The notes under the pieces: generated by a model
Seen by the model: the letters and a program-made list of their open reading frames with translations, nothing else
Databases searched by the model: none
Told to the model about the DNA's origin: nothing
Made by a program: the position numbers and the translations under genes
Shown here: piece by piece, positions 49,928-58,620 of the stretch
Position numbering within the stretch: position 1 is the first letter of the stretch
Layout of the letters: each line of letters begins with the position of its first letter
From: Thermoplasmata archaeon
GTDB taxonomy: Archaea; Thermoplasmatota; Thermoplasmata; Lutacidiplasmatales; UBA184
Assembly (NCBI GenBank): GCA_021817245.1
Contig: JAKAVQ010000006.1
Span: 66,001 to 130,000, forward strand
Length of the DNA stretch: 64,000 nt
Direction: 5' to 3'

Positions 49928-51246
49928 GCCGGCTCCCCCCGCGCGGGGTGGCGACCTGGGGACTCGCCGACCTGGTCCTCGCGCATGAGGCGGGTCACTT
50001 CGGCCGGGTCGTTCGACCGCCCGAGCGCCCAGACCAGCTTCGCGTACGCCGTCTCGGGCAGAAGGTCGCCGAGGTAGAGCACGCCCGCCCGCAAGAGGTC
50101 GCGGCCCGTGGCGTAGACATACGGGTCCGAATCTCCGGCGAGGCACTGGGTCGTCATCCCGACAAGGATCCCCCGCACCGTCGCGGCGCGGATCCAGCCA
50201 AGGTGGCGCAACGCGACATGTCCGAGGCCGGTGCCCGCGAGGATCACCCCGCGAAGCGGTCGGACGAACTCCTCCGCGCGATGGGGGTCCAGCCCGGGAT
50301 AGAACCAGAGGAGACCGGCGCGATCGTCGAGCGGCAGCTCTGCCCTCGCGGGACCCGCTGCCGCCGAACGCACCGGACCGCTCAGGTGGACCTCCCCGTT
50401 CTCGACCTCGCCGAGCACGGGCCCGTTCCGGCTCTCGAAGGCATCCCTCCGGCTTGAGTGCATCTTGCGCACCCACGTACCGCGGTGGATCGCGAAGCGG
50501 GTATCGGAGAGGCCGGCGTGCATCACCACCACCACTTCCCCGATTCGGCGGTCGCGGGCAACGGCCGCCGCTGCGGCGAGATTGCTCGAGCCGTCCGAGG
50601 AGGGGCGATCGGGGGAGCGCTGGGCACCGACCAGCACGACCGGTCCGGGCAGGTCGCGCACGAGGAAGCTGAGCGCGGCCGCGGTAAATCCCAGCGTATC
50701 GGTCCCGTGAGGGATGACGATCCCCTCGGCCCCGTCCCGGAACGCGTCGACGACCTTCTCGGCGAGCGTTGCCCAGTCGGCCGGCACGAAGTCTTCGCTC
50801 AAGCGATCGAAGACCGGAACGATCCGAACTCGACCGCTCTTCCCGAGGTCCGGATAGAAGGCGAGGATCTCCCGCTCCTCGCGAACCGGACGCACCCCCC
50901 CGGTCTCGTAGTCGATACGGGAAGCGATCGTTCCTCCGGTGGCGAGCAAGGTGATCCAGCGGCCGGCCGCGTGCGGTCCACCCTCCGCGGGCGATCGGGG
51001 CTCGGCCCTTCGTTCCGGAGTAGGCGTCGGCTCGAGCAGCCGGTAGGAGGCCTCGGCCCCGATCCGGACCCCGACGTTGTACCCGCTTTCGAGCTTCAAG
51101 ATCAAGATCCGTTCTCCCGAGAGCTCGTGGCGCGGCACGACGCTCCCGACGAAGACTCCACCTCGGCCGTCCGAAAGCTCGATCCGCTGGCCCATCGGGA
51201 GGCCCCGCAGCGCTTCCCAGGGATCTACGGCATCACGGACCGACAT
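49924..51246 (-). CDS. gatD: Glutamyl-tRNA(Gln) amidotransferase subunit D
   Basis: 440 aa; asparaginase-type domain (LATGGTIAS...HGTDT); stop overlaps the gatE start. Confidence 0.85.
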   Translation of the reverse strand: MSVRDAVDPWEALRGLPMGQRIELSDGRGGVFVGSVVPRHELSGERILILKLESGYNVGVRIGAEASYRLLEPTPTPERRAEPRSPAEGGPHAAGRWITLLATGGTIASRIDYETGGVRPVREEREILAFYPDLGKSGRVRIVPVFDRLSEDFVPADWATLAEKVVDAFRDGAEGIVIPHGTDTLGFTAAALSFLVRDLPGPVVLVGAQRSPDRPSSDGSSNLAAAAAVARDRRIGEVVVVMHAGLSDTRFAIHRGTWVRKMHSSRRDAFESRNGPVLGEVENGEVHLSGPVRSAAAGPARAELPLDDRAGLLWFYPGLDPHRAEEFVRPLRGVILAGTGLGHVALRHLGWIRAATVRGILVGMTTQCLAGDSDPYVYATGRDLLRAGVLYLGDLLPETAYAKLVWALGRSNDPAEVTRLMREDQVGESPGRHPARGEPA

Positions 51247-51333
51247 CGATCGTGCCCCCGCGCTTCCCCCTGCCGCGGGGAGGCGTCCCCGGTAATAAAG
51301 CGTCGGGCGGCCGCTCTCCCGTCGGGTCCGGCC

Positions 51334-51340
51334 TTTTATA
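51334..51340 (+). promoter_or_regulatory. TATA-box-like element (TTTTATA) upstream of tRNA-Arg
   Basis: AT-rich heptamer about 44 bp upstream of the tRNA 5' end. Confidence 0.35.
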
Positions 51341-51383
51341 CCGGACCATCCTCGGCGCGCCCGGTAGGTCCACCACTTCGGAT

Positions 51384-51492
51384 GCCCGTGTGGGGTAGCT
51401 ACGGGTCCGGGGCAATCCCCCCGGCTCGCTGCAATGGATTATCCTAGAGGCCTGCGGAGCCTCAGACCTGGGTTCGAATCCCAGCACGGGCG
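51384..51492 (+). tRNA. tRNA-Arg (anticodon GCG) with a ~35-nt intron in the D-loop; probable integration target
   Basis: Acceptor GCCCGTG/CACGGGC with discriminator G; anticodon arm GAGGC-CTGCGGA-GCCTC; T arm CTGGG-TTCGAAT-CCCAG; inserted block TACGGGTCCGGGGCAATCCCCCCGGCTCGCTGCAA sits at the same D-loop point as in tRNA-Pro. Confidence 0.7.
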
Positions 51493-51544
51493 TCTAACTC
51501 CTTCTTCGAATAGTTCATATCCCCGTTGAACCTACCCCTATCGA

Positions 51545-52840
51545 ATGGCGAAGCGGATTGACCACCGACCCCTGCTCATGGACAAGCAAATCCGCACATG
51601 GTACGACGAGAACTCGCTTCGGTCGAGGCTGACCGCAGAGGTTAACCTTCGGCAACTCGGCCTCTTCTGTCACGTCACAGAAACCGATCCTCGACGACTC
51701 GTCCAGCTCGGTCAGAGAGATCCCGAGCGGCTGCACGGAACCCTCGTTCGATACGCGAAGACGCTCCAAGGATCGGGCCGGCTTCCGAGTTACATCGCAA
51801 AGACGTTCGTGGGAATCAAGGGGTGGCTTCGTTTCAACCGCGTCGAGTTCGACCAGTTTCCCCGACTCCGAGTGGTCCAGGGCGAATCCATCCGAGAGGA
51901 GCGCGTCCCCACCCAGGAGGAGCTTCGAAGGATCCTCTCGACCTACTCGGCCAGGGGGCGCGTCGTTTCCCTGCTCATGGCGCACACCGGAGTCAGACCC
52001 GGCGTACTTGCAGCGATTGACGGTAGCGATGGCCTCCGGCTCTCCGATTTGAAAGACCTCGAGTTGGGTGCGGACCCCAAGTTCGGGCGTGTGCCCTTTC
52101 ACTTGGTCGTCCCGGCTCGGCTCTCCAAGACCTCGGTCGAGTACCACACCTTCGGGACGCCCGAACTCGCTGACGCGATCCTAGCGTACCTCGCCGAGCG
52201 GCGACAACGAGGGGAGGAACTCAGACCTTCGTCCCCGGTTGTTACCGTCGACGCGATGGGCGCCCGGACAAAGCTACGCGAGAAGTCGAAGACCGGTTTC
52301 ATCACGACGCCGATGATGATGCGCGCTCTCCGGGACGGCCTCAAGGCGATCCTCCCGAGCGCGCGGACCTACGTGTTCCGCGCCTACTGTTCGACCCAGA
52401 TGGTCTCGGCACGGATCGACCGAGACGTGCGCGAGGCGATCTTGGGTCACTCCCTCGGAGTGAGCGGCCGGTACAACCTCTCGAAGAAGCTACACCCTTC
52501 GGTGGTCGAAGAGCTCCGCCGGGAGTACGCAAGGGCCGTTCCTTACCTCGAGTCGGGCCGCCCCAAGGAGGATCGCGCGACTGTCCTCGAGGGAGTCCTC
52601 GCGGCGCTGCTCAAGGAGAAGGGGGTCAAGGACGACAAGATCAGCGAGGTCCTCGAGGGCAAGGTTGCGGGGGACGAACTCGAACGGATCCTGGGCTCAC
52701 GCAAGGCGGAGCCCATCCAAAGGGTGGTCCCGACGACGGGGGTTTCGGAGCTGCTCTTGCTAGGCTGGGAGTTCGTTTCCCCGCTCGGGACCGACCAGGC
52801 AGTTCTCCGGGCGCCCGCGAACGGCACGGCCCCCGTGTGA
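51545..52840 (+). CDS. int: Tyrosine-type site-specific integrase/recombinase
   Basis: 431 aa; catalytic-domain pattern LMAHTGVRPG (Arg), ILGHSLGVSGRY (His-x-x-Arg ... Tyr) with an N-terminal SAM-like domain. Confidence 0.8.
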   Translation: MAKRIDHRPLLMDKQIRTWYDENSLRSRLTAEVNLRQLGLFCHVTETDPRRLVQLGQRDPERLHGTLVRYAKTLQGSGRLPSYIAKTFVGIKGWLRFNRVEFDQFPRLRVVQGESIREERVPTQEELRRILSTYSARGRVVSLLMAHTGVRPGVLAAIDGSDGLRLSDLKDLELGADPKFGRVPFHLVVPARLSKTSVEYHTFGTPELADAILAYLAERRQRGEELRPSSPVVTVDAMGARTKLREKSKTGFITTPMMMRALRDGLKAILPSARTYVFRAYCSTQMVSARIDRDVREAILGHSLGVSGRYNLSKKLHPSVVEELRREYARAVPYLESGRPKEDRATVLEGVLAALLKEKGVKDDKISEVLEGKVAGDELERILGSRKAEPIQRVVPTTGVSELLLLGWEFVSPLGTDQAVLRAPANGTAPV

Positions 52841-52935
52841 GACCGCCACCCGGCTCCGGGGGACCCGCCATGAGCACCGACCTTCGGGCAGACGATTGTT
52901 ACCGAAACGGGTCAACGGTCCACCACTCAGTAGGG

Positions 52936-54225
52936 TTACTCGACTTTCCGTTCCCACCCCGCCCTCGAATAGATGCGCTGACGTTCGACCACTACCGTCC
53001 CGGTCGCTTGTCCAAGCCATCGGAGGTAGGAACGGACGCTCTTTGCCCTCCGTATGGGGGTCGAGCCTCGCAAGTGCGACGTGGCCTCGATGATGCGAGC
53101 TACTTCGGAGTCACTCACTCCCTCGGCCCCCCTCTCCCGCACGAGGCTGAACACGCGGTTGAGTAGAGGATTCTTGAGCAATCGTTCGGCGACAAGTAGT
53201 TCCCTTCTCTCTTGGGGAAGCCCCACGTACTGCCTTCCCTTGTCGGTGAGTGCGAACACTCCCTCTTCGAGCCGTACGAGCCCGAGTGCTTCCGCGGCTT
53301 CGCGGTAGTAACTCCCTTGACGGGTGGTGATCTTGTAGTGGTCCGCCCACCCCTTCGCCGTCGTGATTCCCGATTGGACGAGAAGGGGTAGCTCCACGAC
53401 CTTCCGCAAGTCATCGGCTTGGGGGACGATATCGACGCTCGGGTCGGGCGTGACGTCACTCAACCAATCTTGGGGAGCCTGCTCTTCGACGACCCGGTAT
53501 CGGGCCCTGCTTCGGCACCTGATACTCTCGTAGTCGTACGAGTCCGTCCACTCGTATTCCCACACCGAATAGGTCGAGACATCGGGTTCGGCAACGAAGA
53601 AGAACGAGCGGACGCTCTTGCCGGGCGACCACTCCCGGAACGTTCGGTAGGGAAAGTAGAGTTGCCGAACGAGAAAGTCGCGGCGGGTGTCGGCCTTTCC
53701 TTCGAAGAGCAGAACGTCACGCGGACCTTCGAACCCGGCGTCGAGTTCCATACCGGCTCCCCGAACGTCGAGATTCGGCGAGCCGTCGATTCGAAACGTG
53801 AACGTGCCGCTCCCCATCTTTCCCGAGATGGTTTGGTAGAGGGACGGGACGCCCGAGAAGTGGCTCAGGAGGCCCGTGTGGTAGGCGTGGAGGAGAAACC
53901 GGTTCTCCCCTTTACCATACGCAAGTGTCGTGAGCGAGATGGGCAGTCGGGCGCGGTAGGCTTGCGGCTCGCCGGGGTCTTCGAGTTCGTGGTAGCCCCT
54001 CCCACGAACTACGGCGTACCGAGATCGCGAGAGGGGGACCACGAACACGCCGTTATCGCGGAACAAGGTAGGGAGCTTGTCTTCGGAATCCATCGAAGCG
54101 AGCAGGCGGGGCTCGACACCGAGATGGATGTGGATGTCTTGGTTGGTGACGAAATTGACGGGGGCCGTGATGTCGAGATGGAGCTTGTCAATGAGTTCGG
54201 ACCATCGCTCGTGAAGTACGACCAT
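52936..54225 (-). CDS. Putative type II restriction endonuclease with additional C-terminal winged-helix domain
   Basis: 429 aa; directly downstream of, and co-oriented with, a Dam methylase; PD-(D/E)xK-like GMELD...LFEGK; C-terminal about 140 aa looks wHTH. Confidence 0.45.
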   Translation of the reverse strand: MVVLHERWSELIDKLHLDITAPVNFVTNQDIHIHLGVEPRLLASMDSEDKLPTLFRDNGVFVVPLSRSRYAVVRGRGYHELEDPGEPQAYRARLPISLTTLAYGKGENRFLLHAYHTGLLSHFSGVPSLYQTISGKMGSGTFTFRIDGSPNLDVRGAGMELDAGFEGPRDVLLFEGKADTRRDFLVRQLYFPYRTFREWSPGKSVRSFFFVAEPDVSTYSVWEYEWTDSYDYESIRCRSRARYRVVEEQAPQDWLSDVTPDPSVDIVPQADDLRKVVELPLLVQSGITTAKGWADHYKITTRQGSYYREAAEALGLVRLEEGVFALTDKGRQYVGLPQERRELLVAERLLKNPLLNRVFSLVRERGAEGVSDSEVARIIEATSHLRGSTPIRRAKSVRSYLRWLGQATGTVVVERQRIYSRAGWERKVE

Positions 54226-54229
54226 CGAC

Positions 54230-55060
54230 CTACCCGTAATTCATCACAAGCAACTCGTCAATCGCGCCGCGGGCCGTCCCCTTGGAGTTGATGGCTCGCT
54301 TTGCCTTCAACGCCTCAATCCGGAACCCGTCGTAGAGCGTCTTGACGAGCGGCGTCGCGGAGTTGGAGAGCATCACGAGGACCCCCCGCTTGTCGAGCCG
54401 GCGATAGGTTTCGGCAAGCTTCCTTTGCTCTCGGTTTCCGAAGTCCTCTTTGGTGTAGCTCGTGAACTTGGACGTTTCGCTCAACGGGTGGTAGGGGGGG
54501 TCCAAGTAAACGAAGTCCCCGATCTTGACCCTCGCACACACCTTCTGGTAGTCGGCGAGGACAATGTTCTTACCGCGGAGAAGGGCACTCGTCGCGGGCA
54601 AGTTCTCCCGGTCGTAGAGAGTTGGGTTCTTGTAGCCGCCCCACGGGACGTTGAAGTTGCCGTCGGAGTTTACCCGATACAAGCCGTTGAAGCACGTCTT
54701 GTTCAGGAAGATGGTTCGTGCGGCTCGCTCGACCGACGAGAGCGTAGATGGGTCCGTGGCTCGAACCTTGTAGAAGTAGGCTTCCTCGGTTCGTTGCGGG
54801 AGGTGTTCGTCGAGCGCCCGCATTAGGCCGCCGGGGTCATCGCGAACGATTGTGAACGTGTTGACGAGTTCGGGGTTCGAGTCGGACAACATGGCCTTCT
54901 CGGGCTGGAGATGGAAGAAGACGGCCCCTCCCCCGAGGAACGGCTCGAAGTACGTTCGAAAGTCCTTCGGGAAGAACGGCTCCATCTGGGGAATAAGTTG
55001 GGCCTTTCCCCCCGCCCACTTGAGAAAGGGGCGCGCCGGGAGGAGGGTCTGGGCCAGCAC
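54230..55060 (-). CDS. dam: DNA adenine methyltransferase (Dam/D12 class N6-adenine MTase)
   Basis: 276 aa; motif I FLKWAGGK...FEPFLGGGAVFF and catalytic DPPY (VYLDPPYHPLS). Confidence 0.85.
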   Translation of the reverse strand: MLAQTLLPARPFLKWAGGKAQLIPQMEPFFPKDFRTYFEPFLGGGAVFFHLQPEKAMLSDSNPELVNTFTIVRDDPGGLMRALDEHLPQRTEEAYFYKVRATDPSTLSSVERAARTIFLNKTCFNGLYRVNSDGNFNVPWGGYKNPTLYDRENLPATSALLRGKNIVLADYQKVCARVKIGDFVYLDPPYHPLSETSKFTSYTKEDFGNREQRKLAETYRRLDKRGVLVMLSNSATPLVKTLYDGFRIEALKAKRAINSKGTARGAIDELLVMNYG

Positions 55061-55410
55061 GCGGGGCCACCAGCAACGGACTACTTACGCGGAACGCTCA
55101 CCGCCACGTCGAACCCGTAGCCGGCGAGGAATCGGGCGGATCTACCCCCGAAAGAGCGCCGTGGAGCCTCTTTGACGGCCCTGTGAACGAAGGATCTGGG
55201 GGTATCGACGGGCGGCCCGTGGGAACAGGAGAGAGAAACGCTCGGGCCCCGTTTTCGGTTCCGACGCGAACTGGGACATGGGCGAGGGCACGATAAGCCT
55301 GCGAGGGTCGGGGGTGGCGGGGCGCAGTAAGGGGGGATGTGCGTAGGCATCACCCACTCTTGTGGATGCTCCCCGCAGGAAGCCATGTGTGTACGCGCGT
55401 TCGAACCGCG

Positions 55411-55522
55411 GCACCGGCCGGTGCCCGGGAAGCGTAGGCCGGTGTCGTCCGGTGCCGTCGGGGACCGCGCCCCGTGCCGCTTGGTGCCGCAACGGTGCCG
55501 AGCCGGCGTCGGTCCGGTGCCG
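55411..55522. repeat. Iteron-like cluster: at least 7 copies (4 perfect) of GGTGCCG / CGGTGCCG within about 110 bp
   Basis: Read directly: GGTGCCC 55420, GGTGTCG 55441, GGTGCCG 55451, GTGCCG 55474, GGTGCCG 55483, 55494, 55516; inverted copy GCACCGG at 55411. Confidence 0.5.
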
Positions 55523-55634
55523 TCGACAAACCCGGGCGATGTGACGCTCTCCGACACCAAGCCGGTTGCAGATCGCGAAGAGACGGGGGGCGGCACTGGG
55601 AGATGCGACGTTACCCGTTACTGTGGAGGCGGCC

Positions 55635-56134
55635 TGATGTGGCGCGCTCCAACGCGCGCGCGTGAGGACGGAACGGACCGGACCACGCGCTTCCTGCTTT
55701 CCAGCAGGCGGCGTGATGTGGCGCGCTCTCTCACGGGCGCGCGAGGGGGGGAGGATCCGGGCCGGACGAGGACGCGCCGGACGAGTGGGACGAGCCGGAC
55801 GAGTGCTCGCCCCGGACGACTCCCGTTGGCCGGCAGCTGGTCGCCTACCTGGACCGGGAGCAGGCGCTTTCGGCGGCAAAGGATCGCGCCGGGGCGGAGC
55901 GACGCAAGCCTCCCGTCTGCGAGGACTGCGGGGCACGATTCAGCCGGAGGGATGCGATGGAGCGCCACCAATGGAGCGTTCACGGGAATGGAGCGTGACG
56001 CCCGTGGTGGTGGTGGGCGGGGCGCCCCGCCATATATATATCCCGTGCGCGCGCGAGGACGGACCGGACCACGCGCTTCCTGCTTCCCAGGAGGCGACGT
56101 GAAGTGGCGCGCGCTCTCACGCGCGCGTGAGGGG
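55635..56134. repeat. Two ~75-bp imperfect direct repeats (55674-55750 and 56061-56134, about 90% identical) plus a partial third copy (55635-55667)
   Basis: GGACCGGACCACGCGCTTCCTGCTT(T/C)CCAG(C/G)AGGCG(G/A)CGTGA(T/A)GTGGCGCGC..CTCTCACG(G/C)GCGCG(C/T)GAGGGG; contains CCTGCT..AGCAGG and GCGCGC..GCGCGC inverted repeats. Confidence 0.6.
56031..56041. promoter_or_regulatory. (TA)5 alternating tract, strong TATA-box candidate just upstream of repeat copy 2
   Basis: CATATATATAT, the only pure AT tract in about 2 kb; flanked by CGCGCGCG. Confidence 0.35.
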
Positions 56135-56424
56135 AGCGAGGTCTTCCCCCGGACGAGGACGAGCCGAGGGACAACCTCGTGACACGTTACCAGTAGGAGC
56201 GGGCCGGATCGAGACACTCCGGGCACGGGTCGCCAAGTCGCATCGAGCCGCTGGGCGGTCCCGGGTCCCCGGTCCTGACGCGCGAGAACTACACGCGCGA
56301 GAGGGGGCGCGGGCTCGTCCGGGCGGGCGGGACGAGGGCGGGTCGCTCGCCCGCACACACAAACGGACACGGCCCGTTCCGGAACGTTGTCGGTGGAGGA
56401 AGAGAGCGGACGAGGACGAGTCGG

Positions 56425-56913
56425 TCATGCGCTCGCCCCTCCCGACGGTGCGCACCGCTTGAGATGGCGGCTCAGATTGTCCCGCCGAACCGAGAGGCCG
56501 CACCAGGGGCAGGGAGCGCGGTAGGCACCAGACCAGGCCGAGGGACGGTCAGGGGAGGTGGGCGTGGAGTCCTTCGCTCTCTTGGCCTCTCCTCGAGGCG
56601 GAAGGGGAGAGGGTGGCAGTGGTGGTGGGCGAATAGGCGCGGTACGTACCGTATCCGTTGCGGGGACGAGCGAGGGTCGGACGAGTCGGGGCCACCCCCC
56701 TCCCCGCTCACACATATGGGACACGGCCCGTTCCGTAACGTTTCCGGACCGGAGGGAATAGGCGGTCGCTCCGCTGCGCTCACAACCGGTGCCCGGTATA
56801 GGGCAGGGTCGTCCTCTCCGCGCGCACCGCGTGCACCTTGTGCGCAGACGTCTCCATGCCGTCCGCTCCCACGGAGAGTCCACTTCGTGCGTGCCTCTGG
56901 CGTGTGCGGTCAT
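56425..56913 (-). CDS. Candidate small zinc-finger protein (zinc ribbon plus C-terminal C2HC finger)
   Basis: C-terminal CPWCGLSVRRDNLSRHLKRC (C-x2-C-x12-H-x3-C) and upstream CTRC...CPIPGTGC; start assigned to an internal Met; speculative. Confidence 0.3.
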   Translation of the reverse strand: MTAHARGTHEVDSPWERTAWRRLRTRCTRCARRGRPCPIPGTGCERSGATAYSLRSGNVTERAVSHMCERGGGWPRLVRPSLVPATDTVRTAPIRPPPLPPSPLPPRGEAKRAKDSTPTSPDRPSAWSGAYRAPCPWCGLSVRRDNLSRHLKRCAPSGGASA

Positions 56914-57172
56914 GGGAACAGCCGCAGGCCGAGTGCAACCGGCGGTCGCACGCAGTCCCCGGCGGCGACGACAAGCGATAGACCCACGCGAGATGATGGT
57001 GTGAGCAAAGTCCCCGCCCGAGAACCGTCGCCCGAGTCTCGGTGTGACCCAGGGGGTACGACCGAAGGGCTGGGTCCGGGCCCGGGCGGGATCTCGCGCG
57101 ATCGGTGCCAAGGACCCGGGCCGAAGGAAGGATTTATCATTCAGCGACATATCCCATCCCTCCCGAGGGGAT

Positions 57173-57436
57173 ATGTCCGAGAAGAGTCGCCATCTGGTAG
57201 AATCCCGACTTGCGCGCATTGAAGGTCACATACACGCCGTCCACCGCATGGCCCATGAAGGAAGGAGTTACCCCGAGATCGTCCACCAGATCTCCGCTAT
57301 TCGATCTTCCTTGGATGCCGCGGTTCAAGCAATCGTTGACGATCTGGTTCGGAGCTGTATCCACGACGCGTCCGGCAACGAATCCATTGCCTCGACCGTG
57401 GAGGAACTTCAGGCCGTCGTCGCCAGCGCTCTCTAG
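57173..57436 (+). CDS. CsoR/RcnR/FrmR-family metal-sensing transcriptional repressor
   Basis: 87 aa; LARIEGHIHAVHRMAHEGRSYPEIVHQISAIRSSLDAAVQAIVDDLVRSCIHD matches the DUF156 helical-bundle pattern; His/Cys ligand positions present. Confidence 0.75.
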   Translation: MSEKSRHLVESRLARIEGHIHAVHRMAHEGRSYPEIVHQISAIRSSLDAAVQAIVDDLVRSCIHDASGNESIASTVEELQAVVASAL

Positions 57437-57468
57437 CGAGTACCCTCCCCCCTCCTTCCCGGGTACAA

Positions 57469-58374
57469 ATGCCGATCCTTCAGCACGGAGAGGGAGAAGC
57501 CGAAGCCCGCATACTGGTGGGGCTCCGCCTCGCTGTCCAGCTCAGCGTGGTGATTCTTGTGATGGAGGCCCTCGGTGCCTTCTTCTCTCGCAGTCTTTCG
57601 CTGACCGTAGACGCCGTTCACGACCTTCCCGACATCTTCGCGTTCCTGCTGTCCTGGGGGGCCTTGAGGTCGACGTCGAAGGGGCCTTCCGAAGGGTTCA
57701 CTTTCGGCTCGCACCGCTTGGAAACCTTCGCGGGCGTTCTCAACGCGGTGGTCGTTCTGATCGTGGGCGCCGCCTTCGGGGCGGAAGCGTTCTCTGCACT
57801 CTGGTCAAGAAGCACCTTCGCCGGCCCCGTGAACGCCGTCTGGCTTCTCGCCGCGGCGGTGCCCACCCTGGTGCTTAGGCTAATCGGTGTCGGCGTTCTG
57901 AACCGGCTCCCGGGAAAGGTCCGGGACCTGAATCTCGCGAGCGTTCTCCTCCACATGGCGAGTGATATCGCTATCACGGGGGCGCTTCTCGTCGTAAGCG
58001 CCGTCCTCTTCATCCAGCCTGCTTGGGGGGTGGCCGATCCCATTGCCGCCCTCGTCATCGCCGGAGTCCTTGTCTACGAGTCGATTCCACTGCTGCGAGA
58101 AGGGTGGAGAATCCTTACCGAACGTGCTCCGAGAGGTATCTCAGTGGAGGCGATTGAGCGAGAGGCCCTCAGCGTCCCGGGTGTTTCGGGACTGCACGAT
58201 CTCCACGTCTGGTCAGTTTGCAGTTCCCTCGTCTGCCTCACCGCGCATGTAGGAGTGAAGGAAATGTCGCTTCGAGACTGCATGTCGGTCGTCGCAGAGC
58301 TGAGGAGCAAAATGGAGCGCGAGTTCGGCATTGTCCACGCCACGTTTGAGATAGAGGGACAGTCGAGCGCGTGA
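57469..58374 (+). CDS. Cation diffusion facilitator (CDF) family metal exporter
   Basis: 301 aa; six TM helices with HD/HD-like metal site motifs (AVHDLPD; HMASDIAI) and C-terminal cytoplasmic domain. Confidence 0.85.
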   Translation: MPILQHGEGEAEARILVGLRLAVQLSVVILVMEALGAFFSRSLSLTVDAVHDLPDIFAFLLSWGALRSTSKGPSEGFTFGSHRLETFAGVLNAVVVLIVGAAFGAEAFSALWSRSTFAGPVNAVWLLAAAVPTLVLRLIGVGVLNRLPGKVRDLNLASVLLHMASDIAITGALLVVSAVLFIQPAWGVADPIAALVIAGVLVYESIPLLREGWRILTERAPRGISVEAIEREALSVPGVSGLHDLHVWSVCSSLVCLTAHVGVKEMSLRDCMSVVAELRSKMEREFGIVHATFEIEGQSSA

Positions 58375-58620
58375 GGAGGTCGTTCCTCCGGGGGCCATTT
58401 GGGGGTTGGCTCTTGGTTCGAAACGGATCGAGCCCGATGGGACCGAACCCTCACATCGTTCACCGACTTCGAGATCCTGCGGATGCTGAACCGTACGCTC
58501 CGGAGCGTCGGCGGCATGCCCTGTAGGGCAGTCGAGTGCGGATGAACTGACGGCCGGCGCGGTCCCTAGCCGAGTTCGATGGCGACAGATCTTGTCCGTC
58601 CGGTTTCGTATCAACTGGGG

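Noticed and set aside
55142-56182. 264-aa ORF (55142-55936, minus) and 281-aa ORF (55337-56182, plus) in the island control region
   Set aside because: Their lengths are driven by the iteron and direct-repeat DNA (repeated peptide RTGPRASCFPAGGVMWRALSRAREG appears twice). They are more likely non-coding regulatory DNA. Only the short Zn-finger segments look protein-like.
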